From: Chiloscyllium plagiosum
Taxonomy: Eukaryota
DNA: 64,000 bases
Reading direction: 5' to 3'
Assembly (NCBI RefSeq): GCF_004010195.1
Contig: NC_057719.1
Coordinates: forward strand, 51,528,920 to 51,592,919
The position numbers were made by a program, and so were the translations under genes. The notes under the pieces are model-generated. The model was not told the origin of the DNA. It saw nothing but the letters and a program-made list of their open reading frames with translations, and made no database searches. Of this stretch, positions 26,231 to 39,800 are shown in pieces. The number at the start of each line of letters is the position of its first letter. Position 1 is the first letter of the stretch.

Positions 26231-27644
26231 CATGCAAGTACATGCACATATTGAGTCTGCTGGACCTGGGTCTCCAATGGCAATCATCAACCTCATCAGG
26301 AGACAGCAAAACGCATACATGATAGAGCCAGCATAATACTAATAGCATCATTGGACTCTGCCATTATTTGATCCAACTTACAAACTGCCTATGATAAACC
26401 TGGCTACTGTTTCATGAGTTCTGATGAAGTGTCACTGAACTTGAAATGTTAACATTTGCAGCTGTTGCCAGAGATATTGAGTTTCTCCAGTTTCTGTATG
26501 CTATTGTTTCTTTGCCTATCCGTAAATTTTGACAAAATCATTAGTAGCTGAGATCATGGGATCACCTTCTGCATGGTGCTGAACAGATACCTGGTCTCCA
26601 GTAGTTCTGAGAGACACTTGGTGCATTTCTTCCTCAACCAGCCTGCAGAGACATGTCAATGACATGCTCAACAGATTATACTCCTGAACCTATTCTAGAT
26701 AAAGTATCCACTGGGCTGCAAATCTCTGACCTAATGGAATGTGCATGTTAATGCTTTGTCAGTGATCCTCTGGGGTTTCAGTGGCTTCCTCCTCAGAAAT
26801 GGAGCTGAACATCTTGGATGCTGACCTCATCCATGCCAAGTTTCACTCGGTGCCACTATTGCTGGGAATTAGTTAAGAGAGGGTCTAAAGGTCTACTTCT
26901 CCTCCTATTATTTATGTTTGTATGTATGTTTGTATTGCTCTTCGCTTGCAAAACCAAATATTTTTGCCTTAAACAAGTGAGGATCCTAATGCCTACCACT
27001 TTACTGCTGCTGGTCTCGACTCTCTTGGCCAGGAGTGGGCCAGTTTGTTTCTGCACTGAGACAAAGGGAAGGATTGAGTAGGATGAAAGTGGGTGCAAGG
27101 ACAATTTGTGGTAATTTGTGAGCAGGAGAGATGCTGAGGCAATGACAGTAGATGAGTAGGAAGTCAGAGGGCAGGGACTTTTATAAGTCTGGAAGGGTGA
27201 TGTGGTCAAGTGCCATTGAGTGGACCTGATAGTGAAAGCATATTGTCATCGTGATGAAGGGTCACAGGATTTGAAATGTGAACACTGTTTTTCTCTGAAC
27301 AGATTCTGTCAGACCTGCTGAGTTTCTCCAGCACTTTCCAATTTTGTTTTTCATGACACTTGGTGAGTGGAAGCCCTGTAAAGGCATGGCAGCAAAGAAA
27401 ATATGGTTCCACTTCGTACTTTGTGCAATTCATTTAACTTGGGACACAGCACGAGCCCAGACCAATATTTGTTATTCTACCTGGCTTTAGCTGTTGGGAG
27501 TCTGCGGGAAATAGATGCTGTTTTCTTCACCACTCAGTCCATCAGCACTTCTGGGTACGCGCCTACAAAACTTGCCTTTCTGGGCCATTTCCGTAGGGAT
27601 GACACTGTAATATCTCAGTATGAGGCCAGGTTCTTGGCCTGCCA

Positions 27645-29747
27645 GAGACAAAAACACTGCAGATGCTGGAATCCAAGGTGGACAAGCAGGAGGCTGGAAG
27701 AACACAGCAAGCCAGGCAGCATCAGCAGGTGGAGAAGTCAACATTTTGGATGTAATCCCTCTTCAAAATTGGGGTGGGTGTAAGTGGAGTTACAGATAAA
27801 GAGTGGTGGGGGGGACGAAGTGGTGAAGTAGGGATGGGTGAAACAAGTAGAGAGTATGACCTGATTGATCGATGGGAGGAATGAATCCGGTTGGTAGCTG
27901 GAAGGAAGGGCCGGTCAAACTAATGGAATGGAGGGGGAGGAGCTGGGACAGGAGACGGAGGCTGGTAAGGGAGTTTTTAATTTGAAACTGGAGAACTCAA
28001 TGTTGAGTCTTCCAGGCTGTTGGGTGCCCAGGCGGAAGATGAGGTGTTGTTCCTCCAATTTGCAGTCTGATTTGCTGTGGCAATGGAGGAGGCCAAGGAT
28101 GGTCATGTTGGAGAGGGAGAGGGAAGAGGAATTAAAATGGGTGGTGATTGGGAGGTCAGGTTGGCCTCTGCAAGCTTGGCTGAGATGCTCAGATGCCCTG
28201 AGTTTACATTTGGTCTCCGTGATGTAGAGAAGATGACATTGGGAGCACCAGATACAGTAAACTAGGTTGAAGGAGAGGCAGGTCTCACCTGAAAGGATTG
28301 TTTGGGACCCTGAATGGAGGTGAGGGGGTGGTGTGCTGGCAGGTTTTGCATCTTTTACAGTTTCAGGTGAAGCTACCTGGGGGTTTGGGGGGTTAGTGGG
28401 AAAGTGGCATGAACCAAGGATTGGCGAAGGGAACGATCTTTGCAGAAGGCAGAGAGGTGTGACGAGGGGAAGATGTTCTTGGTGGCGGTGTCTAGTTGGA
28501 GTTGGTGGAAATGTTTAAGGATGATGTGTTGAATGCGGAGACTGGTGGGGTGGTAGGTGAGGACAAGGGATACCCTGTCACTATTGCTTTTAGAGGGAGG
28601 CCGGGGTTTAGAGCAGTGGAGCGGAGAATGGAGGAGGTGTGGTGGAAGGCTGTCTGGATGACAGAGAGGGGAAACGCATGTTGTTCAAAGTAGGTGGACA
28701 TCTAGGATGCTTGGGAGTGGAATGTCTCCTTGTTTGAGCAGATGCGGCAGTGAAATTGGGAGAATGGGATGGAGTTCTTGTAAGATACTGGGTGGGAGGA
28801 GGTGTAGTCCTGGTAGTTGTGGGAATCTGTGGATGTACAATAAATGTCCGTCTGGAAATTGTCGCCGGAGAGGAAAATAGAGGGGTCAAGTAAGGGGAGG
28901 GAAGTGTCCGAGATGGACCAAGTGAATTTGAGGGCGGGGTGGAAGTTGTGGGTGAAGGTAATGAACTGTTCCAGTTCATCCTGGGTGCAGGATGCTGCGT
29001 CAATGCAGTCATTGATGTAACGGCGGAATAGTTGGGGCACAGTGCATGCGTAGTTACTGAAGGGGGAACTGTTCGACGTAGCCGATAAACAGGCTTAGCT
29101 AGGGCCCACCCGAGTGCCCACGATTGCTCTCTGGATTTGGAGGAAATGGGAAGAGTTAAAGGAAAGGTAATTAAGGGTGAGGATCAATTCAGTGAGGTGG
29201 AGGAGGGTATTGGTGGAGGGTGACTGAATGGGTCTGTGGGAGAGGAAGAGGCTTAGGGCACCTCCATTCCCTCTCCTCATCCCTCCCGCAGTTCAAGGCC
29301 TCCTGTTCCCAAACATGTGGAGGACTTCTACTCCTCTACATCCAATGCAGAATCCACCAAGTCACCAAACAATTTTTTGGTTTCATATCTTATATAAAAA
29401 AATTGGAAGGACTCAACATTGAGTTCTCCAATTTCACATAACCTCCTTTCACATCCCTGACTCTCTTCCCAGCCCCTCTCCCTCCCTTCCATTCCTCTGA
29501 TTGACTCTTTCTTCCAGCTACCAACTGGATTCATTCCTCGCATTGACCAACCAGGTTGTACCCTCTACCTGTATTCACCTAGCCCTACCACACCTCCTGC
29601 CACCTTCCCATAACACCCCCTCTCCCCCCACTGCCCCCACCCCCAATGTCCCCTTTATCTGCAGTCCTGAAGAAGGGTTACACCCAAAACATTGACTTCT
29701 CCACCTCCTGATGCTGTCTGGCTTGCTCTGTTCTGCCAGCCTCCTGC
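27645..29747 (-). mobile_element. Penelope-like element (RT plus GIY-YIG relic) with inverted 3' duplication
   Basis: FRRYINDCI (YxDD region), DSHNYQDYTSSHP..KNSIPFSQF and LEEQHLIFRLGTQQPGRLNIEFS. 29405-29747 is an inverted copy of 27680-28010. Imperfect TSD ttcttggcctg (27631-27641) / ttcctggcctg (29748-29758). Confidence 0.9.
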
Positions 29748-30514
29748 TTCCTGGCCTGTAGCATCTTAAGTAGTATGAAACTGGGTTTAAATATGGCATG
29801 AGCAGGATGGTGAGGACTTAAGCCTCTCCAACCATGTGATTCCATGAGAAGGTTGCTAAATAGCCTGTTGCATAATTAATGAGGAGTGGAATATTGCATA
29901 ATAAAATTCACTCTGGGCCATTGCAGACAATTCACGTGACAAAATATTCTATTGAAAATAGGAAACTTCTGCTCAAAATGTCACAAAGATGAACCCAAAA
30001 TGCCATTAATATTCTCAAATCCAAAGCAACATAAAGGAATTTAACTTGTTTAGTTACTTAAATACAATGACAGCTCTGTGGAGGATGTTGTGTGCATGGG
30101 GAAGATTGAGATATTATTTCTCCAGGATTAGGTAAAACTAAGGAGGATAGTAAATAAGAAATCCTTCACTTAAAAAAAAAAGCTGTCAACAAGCTGTCAT
30201 CTGGTTCATCCACAACTTTATCTTCACACCAGGATGTAGACAAAATTGCTTCTAGCTGTCAAGGTCATCATGATTCTTCATTTTTGCAGTAAGGTCTACA
30301 TTCAGGCTGTAGCAGATGACATTGCACTCCACTAGTTTATCAGATAAGTTAACAAGGCAGCGTATACAGGGAAAAACGGAAGCATCTTGCTCTCCATTGA
30401 CAGAGCAAAGCAGGATGATGGAATACAAGGTTTCCTGAAGACAAGGAGTGTTGAAGACTCACTTTGCCTTATATGTTGTCTATTAGCAGGCTGACATTTT
30501 TATCAAATGCAAAT

Positions 30515-31128
30515 GAAAAATGTCCCAGTCTATTCTTACAACATAAATCCTCCAGTCCCAGCAACATTGTGGTAAATCTTTTCTGAAACCTCTCCAGTTT
30601 AATAATATCCTTTCTACAACAGGGTGACCAAAAAACACAATTCTCCAAAAGAGGCCTCACCAATGTTCTGTATGACCACAATGTGACTTCCCAACTCCAT
30701 TGCCCAAAGATCTGAGCCATGAAGGCACCTTCTCAACCACCCTCTCTACCTGTGACACAAATTTCAAAGAATTATGTACCTGAACCCCTAGATATCTCTG
30801 TTCTACAACACTATCCAGGGCTTCACCATTAACTGCATAAATCCTGCTCGTTTGTTTTACCAAAAGGCAATACCTTGCATTTATCAAATTAATCTCCACT
30901 ATCCCACTCCTCAGTCCACTGACCCAACTGATCAAGATCTCGTTGTAATCTTAGCTAACCTTCTTCACTGTCCACTATACCATCAATTTTGGTATCAACT
31001 GCCTCCTATCTTTCTCACCCAAATCATTTATATAAATGACAAACAAAAGTGGATCTGGTACCGATTCCTATGGAACACTGCTGGTTATGGGCTTCCAGCC
31101 GAAAAACAACTCTCCACCACCATTTTAT
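30515..31128 (-). mobile_element. CR1 RT fragment
   Basis: YRTLVRPLLENCVFWSP..IKLERFQKRFT motifs. Confidence 0.85.
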
Positions 31129-31134
31129 GACTCA

Positions 31135-31345
31135 TTCAGGCTAAAGGGATCAAAGAGGGAGAAAGCGGGGACAAGGTACCGAGTTGGATGATTTACCATC
31201 ATCATAGTGAATGGTGGAACACGCTTGATGGGCTGAATGGCCTATTCTTGTTCCTATTTTCTAAGTTTCTATGTCCCTTGGGATGGACAATAAATGCTGA
31301 CACAGCCAGCAATGCCACATACCAGGAATGAAAAAATAAAAAAAG
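31135..31345 (+). mobile_element. CR1 3' end followed by the 3' end of another LINE/SINE
   Basis: gggctgaatggccta..ttctatgt tail, then caataaatgctg..gccacat..aatgaaaaaataaaaaa. Confidence 0.65.
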
Positions 31346-32890
31346 ATTGTAGAGATCTTGAACAGATGTGTACCAGATCATCACAGGTTTGGATCAGGCA
31401 GACTAAAACTGTTCTCAGTAGCTAATGGCTGGGAGAGACAGATTAATGGTTGTGGGCAAGAAATTTAGGAGGAGTGAGAGAAAGAACTTATCCACAGTGA
31501 GTGATCCTTGGTGCATACAATGGCCTGGAAGCAGAGACTATAAGTGACTCTCAAAAGAAATTGGATGACGACTTGAAGGAAATTTAATCTTAAAAGGTAC
31601 AGGTTTGATCGGGTCATTTACTGGATTACCCACAGGAGAAACAGCAACTTCTTGATGGGTCCTTGTGAATGAAAGGTAATCAACATTTCTGCCTAGATAC
31701 AAAAGCCATGTGACTTACATTGCAAAGAGCAAGATTGCAGAGGAAGCTATTACATTGTAGAATTTCCTAAAATATCGGTGAATATTACAACCAGGTCTGC
31801 TGGGGGTCCAGGAGACAGCCTCACCATTTTCTATAGCTCACTATGCTAGAAATGGGTGAAAGCTTAAGGTCAGATTGAAAGGACAAAGTTTGTGAGAACT
31901 TAACAGATTCTCCAAGGTTGCAATAGAGGGTTGATCTTTAGTAATATTCTCACTGTCAAGCAGGGGAAGGTACAAAAATTGCAGGTCCAAGAGCTTCTCC
32001 ATGCCCCTGACAAGCACAATAGGCTCTCTCAAAGTTTAGTCTTCAGTTATTGCGCCCTAATATCACCCTATCCTAAGCTTTGCTATGAAGTAAGTTCTAT
32101 GAGGAAACAAAATAAGTTGAGAGCTTTGGGAGATTTACTTTGGACCAATTTTGGTAGTATTGGATGTCTACTTAAAGGAAAGTGTAGTCGATACCTGTGA
32201 AATATGTTCACTCAGTTAAATTAAAATCAAGTTATGTATTCTATTCTGAGGTTTGAAGTGTAAATTGCTTCTCAACAGTGTTTAATCAATAGTGTTTAAG
32301 GGTTTTATTATAGTAAATGTCTAAAACATAATATTTTTTATCATTTCAGTTGTTCAATTAAAAGTTATTGGCCTCTCTGAAGATTAAAGTACATTTCTGC
32401 ATGGTGTTGAGGATCTAGAATGTCATTGGAAATGCGCTTAGAGGGGAGGATATTTTCATCATCTCCCTGACTATGTCTTGTAGTTTGTTGAATGGCTTTA
32501 GGGAGGGTCCAGAGATGCAGATTTCACGAGTGTTTATGTGCGAGTCCCATTTCAGTTTCTAGTCAATGGTGGTCTCAGAAAGTCAATAGTGGAAAATTTT
32601 ACAATCATAATGCAACTGAATGACATGGGAAATGATTACATTGTCTCTTGTGTGAGGTGGTTATTGCCTTGCACTTGTGTAGCATAAATGTTACCTATCT
32701 AGTTCTTATTACATACGCACAGGAACTGCTTCATTATCTGAGGAATAGAATTGAGCATTAAACAATTATCAGCAAACTGATACCTTCTGACCATATGTTA
32801 GAGAGAAGGTGGCTCATAAAGCACCTGAAGATGGTTGGGCACTATCCCAAGCAGCAATGAATCAAGGCTAAGATGAGTAGCCTCCAATAA

Positions 32891-33200
32891 TGGTGGCACG
32901 GTGGCTCAGTGGTTAGCACTGCTACCTCACAGCACCAGGGTCCCAGGTTTGATTCCAGCCTTGGGCGACTGTCTGTGTGGAGTTTGCACATTCTCCCCAT
33001 GTCTTGGTGGGTTTTCTCCAGGTACTCTGGTTTTCTCCCACAGTCCAAAGATGTGCAGGTCAGGTGAATTGGCCATGCTAAATTGCCCACAGGTTAGGTG
33101 CGTTAGTCAGAGGGAAATGGGTCTGGGTGGGTTACTCTTCGGAGGGTTGGTGTGGATTTATTGGGCTGAAGGGCCTGTTTCCACACTGTAAGGATTCTAA
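32891..33200 (+). mobile_element. HE1-type tRNA-derived SINE (inserted in an older minus-strand LINE relic, about 32400-33440)
   Basis: A box TGGCTCAGTGG and B-box-like GGTTTGATTCC; V-SINE core tgtgtggagtttgcacattctcccc; CR1-like tail gggcctgtttccacactgta. Confidence 0.9.
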
Positions 33201-34074
33201 CCATGTTCTTGCACTAATCAGGAGTCCAGCCACTGCAGTGTTACCCTCTAGTTCCAACTGATTTCAGTTTGACTATGATGCCATTCTCTACCTCCAAATA
33301 CTTTGATGTGGAGGGCAGTGACTCACTCTGTTCAGCTCTTTATCTGTGTGTGGACCACAGTTGTAATGATGTCAGTTGTGCGATCAACTTAAATCAAAAT
33401 AGCATACGTGAGCAGGTTGTTGGTGAGTAAATGCTTGATGATTTAGGTTATTGCTACTTAAGTTCTTTGACTACAAGTTTTGTAAATTGCATTTGATATA
33501 TTGGTGCCTCAGTATTGCTATCGCAGATTATACTTAACTATCAAGAAACTAATCTCCCTGGGGCTGAGAATTCTATTAGGGTCCAATTTTATTTCTTTGC
33601 AGAAATTGAGTTATGTGGTCATCTGAAGTCAACAATGCCATTTTGTTGCATTTTAATTTACTGCAAAAATGTTGTAAAACCAGTCTATGTAACAGAAGCC
33701 ATCGCTCAACGTAATTACAGAACATTACTTCGGCAAACATCCTTTGAATGTTGAGGGCATGTTATTACATTTATTGATTTTACTTTAATTTGTTTTGGAA
33801 ATTCTGTGGCAAATTTACCAGGTTTGAGTCACCACTCCTGTTCGACCAGCTTCCATTATTTTGAAAGTACCAAGCAATGCAGAAGCTTTTTAATGAACTT
33901 TACAAACTACGTGGCTTATTTTTAAACTAAGAAACAGAAACAAATCTGAAATGTACACAAAATATTATTCCGTGAAATGTTTAATGTCACGAGATGTGTA
34001 TAATTCCAGTTGCGAAAACGTGTTATTTCACTGTACTGATTTTTACAATGCTTCACAGACATAGCTTATCAGAG

Positions 34075-34150
34075 AACTGCTTGAATATTATTTATATAGT
34101 GCCTTTCACGTCCATCGGACGTCCCAAAGCGTATTACAACCAATGAAGTC
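34075..34150 (-). mobile_element. DeuSINE (SacSINE1/AmnSINE1-like) 3' tail fragment
   Basis: Reverse complement reads acttcattggttgtaatacgctttgggacgtcc..gtgaaaggcactatataaat. Confidence 0.55.
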
Positions 34151-34699
34151 CACAATTAAACCGAGCGAAATTTATGATTTGCCTGGGGGATGTAAAATCG
34201 GATTGAATTTTCAAAAAAAAGGCGTAAACGGTAAGTTCAGTCAATCGTGGTCTTTAAACCAGTGGTCATCGGGTTTTAACTTCGCTATTTTAGCTTTTAT
34301 GAAAAACTGAAATATGTCTGGGCAAGTGATTTATTTTGTAAGGAGCCAATGACCTGTTTGCAAAATAATAAAGTTCCGACGTATGTGAAAGTTAATTTAA
34401 TCATCCGTTTGGTATAAACAACCGTGGATTTCTGAGATAGGTATTAGATTGCAGACTTGTAGAAGATCAGTGTATTCGATCTTTGACACACATGTAATAA
34501 GAGCCATATGGCTCTTTGTATCATCAGGTTTTGCCCCTGCTTCGTGTGGTGCACCTAGGAACTATTTCCATCTGACTGATTTCAAATAGACCTTTGCCCT
34601 TCGCTCGTGCCCACATAAGCAGACACCTATGCACTGTTGCTTAAGATCTGGCCATTTTGACGAATTGAACTTAGCGATAGTTTAAAGTGCTCACATGTG

Positions 34700-35500
34700 A
34701 CGATGAGCGACGATTGATTTCACTGAGATGTGGCAACAGATAAGGCGTGACTCCATCAGAGTGTTAACACAAGAGGACAACGATTCGTTGTGAAAGAAAG
34801 TGCTGTTGGGTCTGTGACAGGACAGTACAGCGCACGGCCAACGGGCCAACCGTGCCCGCGGCCATAAACCGACGAGCGCACGTGATCCCCATGACAACCC
34901 CATGCCTGAGCAAAGCCGCCCTCCGTCAGCCAATGAAAAAAGGGTTACCATCATTTACCCGCACCCTGAAGGACAACCAATAACTACTGGTCTTGCAAAT
35001 GAAGAGGCGTTAGCCTAGCGGTGGCCCCTAGGAATTGTAGTTTTACCTAATTGGCTGGTTTTCCTGCTCGCTGCCTGAAACCCGCGAACTACAACTCCCA
35101 TGGCTCCTCGAGTACATCAAACCAATGGGGCACATGCGCACGAGGTCCGCTGCTGTCTTCGGTGGGGTCGAATAGGATGATGTCACCTGCAGTGAAAGGA
35201 AATTGTTAAACTGAATCCTTTTGTAAAGAAGAAAGAAAAATATGGACGTTGCTGTACGGATGGGTGGAATTTGTTGGTGAGCAGTCTCTGTTGTCTTATT
35301 ATCCCTAGAGGAAATGAGATTTGCGGCTGGGTTAGGGTTGATTGTGTTCGGCTGGTTCATCAGGGGGAAAGTGTGCGGAAATGTTCAGGTTAGTGCAGGG
35401 GGGAGGGGGGGTCCGGGTGGGACCGCCACTGACCGGACCCCTGTGTTTGCGAGATATTTATTGTCAGGCGAGCCGGCAACAAAAGGAGACGCTCGGAGTT
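34700..35500. promoter_or_regulatory. CpG-rich, probably bidirectional Pol II promoter
   Basis: Locally high CpG. Divergent ACTACAnnTCC motifs at 35029-35041 (minus) and 35088-35100 (plus). Four CCAAT boxes (about 34930, 34977, 35050, 35122), E-box CACGTG at 34879 and an NRF1-like CACATGCGCA at 35131. Confidence 0.85.
35140..35276 (+). other. Candidate first exon of an unidentified plus-strand gene
   Basis: Lies just downstream of the promoter motifs, with donor TTG/GTGAGC at 35277. Downstream sequence is T-rich like a sense intron. The start is approximate. Confidence 0.5.
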
Positions 35501-36695
35501 TGCAGGATTGTCTCTAAGTCTGCCTTTCACCGCTGGGGGAGGCTTTTTCTCTAACCAGACTCCCTAAATCCCACCCATTTGCAGCTGTTACTTTGGTGCC
35601 GGGAGAGGAGTTTGGGGGCGATTTTGTGCCGGAGAAGCTGAGATGCGAAGAATAATGTTGTCAGTCGTTCGCCTGATTCACGGAATTAAAACGCTAAGCC
35701 CACATGTCAGAAATCATTAATCTTTCCGAGTTCTATCCTGCGCTTCGCCTTTTGTTTGTCAGACTTGTGGCTTTTTTTTAAAATTGTTATTTTAAGGTGA
35801 GGTTGGTTTGGGTTGGAAGGTGACTCCCCCCATGTCTGTGACTGGTTGGGAGAAGCTGGCATAATGTTTGAATATCTTAAAGCTTGCGGCGTGTTGCTAT
35901 TTAATATTCCCGAGTGGGGAGACCTCGGGGTTGAAGGCTGGAATTTAATGAGAGCAATCACCTGTAAAAGGGATTTCGTGTTTATGCCTCCACCCTTCTC
36001 ATTCAGCATTGCACGTTTAGAACGGCATATGGGGAAAACAAAATATGGGAGGGTTTGTTTTGGGCTTTGCCCTGAAATATTTAATTTCGTCAGACTTGCA
36101 CGTAACAATATTGAGGAAATCGGGCAAACACTCCCTTCCAATCTACGACCACTGGGAATACAATTTGATACGAATACAACTAGAGTACGTACAATTCCAT
36201 CTGCAGTCAGTTTAATCATGGAACAAGGGAGGGGAGACTACTGGAGGCAGAATGACTGCAGCTGAATGTGACTGAGAGGCGTGCGCTCCTGAAGCGGCTG
36301 AGAGTTTGACGGGGATTGACGTGTGCATATGTACTGCGATAAGATGTGTTTGGATTGTAATAGAATGGTAATTTTGGGTGTGTCCAATTTTATGCGTGAG
36401 GTCACTGGAGAAAAAAGTTAAACAGGAGCAAAAGGTATAGCTTCATTAAAGGAAAGAGGTAAGAATATACAGCAAAACATAGGTGGATATTGTAGCTTTT
36501 TCCGAATGAACTCTTATGTATTATGTTGAGAATTAAAGCGATGACAGAATATGAGCACAGAATGCGATATTACAATTGGTACGTGGGTGAAGGTCTTCAG
36601 TCGACACGGACAAATAATTTGGGTGAAGATTGTTTACCTTGGTACGAGGGACAATGACGGATTAGTTGACATCGAATAATACTTGTCACCGTATA

Positions 36696-36870
36696 AAGTT
36701 AAAAATGACACAACAGCAGGTTATAGTCCAACAGATTTAATTGGAAGCACTAGCTTTCGGAGCGGCGCTCCGAAAGCTAGTACTTCCAATTAAATCTGTT
36801 GGACTATAACCTGGTGTTGTGTCATTTTTAACTTTGTACACCCCAGTCCAACACCGGCATCTCCAGATCA
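36696..36870. mobile_element. Penelope-derived palindromic insertion
   Basis: 70 bp arms at 36695-36764 / 36766-36835 with 2 mismatches. Imperfect TSD tgtcaccgtata (36684-36695) / tgtctccgtata (36871-36882). Carries the hammerhead 3' half GAAAGCTA. Confidence 0.85.
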
Positions 36871-39800
36871 TGTCTCCGTATACAAAGCAAATATCATCTG
36901 TTCCAGAGCAATTTGGATTTTTCTTACAGCCAGCGGTAACAGCATAAATCAATGCATTGGTGGGTTATCTGATATGTCACCTTGAAGATTTTAATCTCTA
37001 CAGCATTAGGTCGGAACGTTTAGAATCAAAAATGCTTTTAGCAGAACTTGGTATGATCTTCCAAATTGACCCCTCATTCTAAATAGGACTAATGTACAGA
37101 TTCTTGTCTTTTGTAACATTTTAAGGTGTTTTGACTAATTCTATCTTTCTCAAAATGTGCAGATTTTTAACTTGGTTGTGCTTTGTTCTCATTGAACATA
37201 ATTCCATAACTTTCGTCCCAATATTTCTAACATGTGATTTAATGATTAAAGTAGTATTTTTGAAATATGCACTGTGAACATAATTTTGATGCAATGCAGG
37301 ATAGTTTATTCTGTTGATTTGTAACACTTCACCTCTGCATATGACTGTGTGGCACAATTGTGTTATTCAGGAAAAAATACGGCCATGTAATTTGCAACAT
37401 GTGCTCCTTAGTGTACAGTTTATTTTTGAAAGTGTTAAAACTTTGTTTGCTATAAAATTGCTTTTTGTGGCATATAGATGTGCAAACTGCTACAATTGCA
37501 TCACAAGTTTCATCTGAAACAATCTCTAATTAGTTTGTAATTTCATGTAGTCAATGGAAAGTATTGTTGATTTATACACTGAAATTCAATGAAATATCCT
37601 TCAGAAAGAGCATGTATAAAGAGTTATGGAACACTGGACAAAGAACTTGGGCCATCAAAAGTAATTAAAATCTGATTATACTAGAACTGAATGACCTGTA
37701 AATCTCTCTCAGCTTTCTCAGGGAAGTAAAACTACATTCAATAAGACTTTGAGCAGAACATTACATAATATTGATTGCAAATCTTTGACTCAAGGTCTGT
37801 CTCTGGAGTAGTTGCATCTTGATTACAATTTATACAAGTCTATGCCAAGCAATATAAAGGTCTGCTTTTTAAAACAACACAGCAAGGGAACATAAGAACT
37901 CTAAAACAGAAGTATAAATTTCTTTTGTTTAAAAACAAATATGTTTGGAGTAAAGCATGGGTGTTACTATAAATTGCAGTTAATTAGATTCTTCTCTTGG
38001 GAATGCTGGTTCTTTCCATCGATGGCCCTACTTTATTGCAGTTTTTTTCCCCCGCTTTGAACTTTGGCACCTTAATTTGATTTTTTTCATACACCTCTCT
38101 TTACAATAGAAAATTTGTTTTTTGTGTCTTTGTTCATGTCTTAGTACTCATGGATTGTAAACAATGAGTTAGAGTTAAGCACAAATAAATGAGACATGCA
38201 ATTCCTGTCATCTCCATTAATAAATTGAAAATATATATGTTTCTGTTCTATAATATTCAGCATACTACCTTTCAAGAAGAGTTTTGGATTTGCAATACCC
38301 CTTGTGTTTTCTTTTCTTTTTGAAAAACCTTTACACAGAAATATGTTTTTTGTCTGCTTCCCTGAAGATGAGGGCCAAAGGCCATAATTATTAGAGGTCA
38401 AGCTCTGCTGTCGTCTTTTTTTTTGAGAATATCTTGGTATTTATTGCATGAGTTGTCTCTTCAAACTTCATTTGATGGGAGGCAAAGGTGTGGGAGTTGT
38501 TTGGCTACTTGGGTTAAGTCATGGTCATGTTGTTTCAGCCAGTACAGTACATCCTGATGAAACATTTGGACAGCACTCTACTATGTTGTATTACCAGTTT
38601 TGCAACTTGTGATCACTGAGTTCCTGATCTCAGTCATTCATTTTTCACATACTTTTGAGATGTATGTAGGAAAGTAATGCAGCCAAAGAACAGCCACTGA
38701 GTGTATAGTAAGGAAATGTTGCAAGGAGGGAAAGAAACATAATGGATCTTGTGGAATAACTTATTTTCTCATGTTAATTGGGGATGCAGTTATATAGTGT
38801 CTCTGATATTTTAGTATAAGTCTGTGCCTTCTACATCAATGCAAACGTAACTCTAAACTCAAATTATCAAGTGCAGTATACTTTTGAGCTGCAAGGCTTC
38901 TCCAGAAAGGCATTTTAATTCTTTTCATTATGCCATTTTTGGTGGAGTTCTAGGTAGGCTTGTGGTCTACATTGGGGCAAGAAGACTTTTTTTTTCTCTT
39001 GTGAAGTATAGTGCAGGTTTTCTGACAATTAAAGAAATCCCTATCAATATGGTCCTTTGCATTGGGTGCGGTTTTTGTAGGAGGGGCAGGACATTCTGGA
39101 TGTATTTTGATAGCAGTACAGAAAATTTGAGGAAATTAACATGCACAGATATTTGAGGATATAACTAGTATAAATTGAAAATGACACTAGATTCTGTTTA
39201 TCTTCCATTGACTTGAATATTCTCAGGGTTTCAACCCCAAACCTCGCCACCCCCCCCCCCACTCCCACTCCCACCCCTACCAAAAATAATTTTCCAAATT
39301 TTTGTTTTGTAAATGTCATTTTAGTGCCACACTTGTTCTTTTATATTATTGAATAACCTCCTGTGTGGCTGTTCATCATATATCCTATTTGACTAACTCT
39401 GAGGTTGTAATTTGTTTCTTGTTCATTTTTCTCATTGTTCTGTTTCTGCAAAATTGTTTATTTACTTTTTCAGTTGTAGGGATTTTGATGTGAAATGCTG
39501 ACTGACCTCCTGCATACTTCATTTTCTCTTTTTTTTAATGTTTTTGCACATATCACCAAAACAAAGTTCATTGTGGTGAATTATTTAATGCATGTTAGAA
39601 ACAACAAATTTCTAGAAGTAAATGTTTTGTAGATAATTCATTTGTTGCGTGATCTCTCAACATTTTACCATTAATCAAGTGAGTTGTAAAGTGTCTTCTG
39701 AGGAGGAGCAAAATAGCATTTCAGGTGCACAATGTTATTATGCTTTTAAGGTTTCTTCATGATATTTTTAGAAAGATTGGATTATATACTATTTCCAAAA

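Larger units (their letters stand above)
22600..29990. mobile_element. Large decayed PIF/Harbinger-like transposon interrupted by retroelements
   Basis: Myb-like relic on minus at 27400-27590 (RRVPRSADG..YFP; RAVSQVK*IAQSTKWNH) and a low-complexity basic C-terminal relic at 24730-25130. Inverted subterminal motif cctcattaat (22762) / attaatgagg (29875). Boundaries are approximate. Confidence 0.4.

Noticed and set aside
32893..32960. tRNA-like sequence
   Set aside because: It is the head of an HE1 SINE, not a tRNA gene.
34499..34516. 18 bp palindrome AAGAGCCATATGGCTCTT
   Set aside because: Short and isolated, with no supporting context.
35707..36265. Overlapping 170 aa and 150 aa ORFs
   Set aside because: No recognisable domain; they are on opposite strands in promoter-proximal, presumably intronic DNA and are probably chance.
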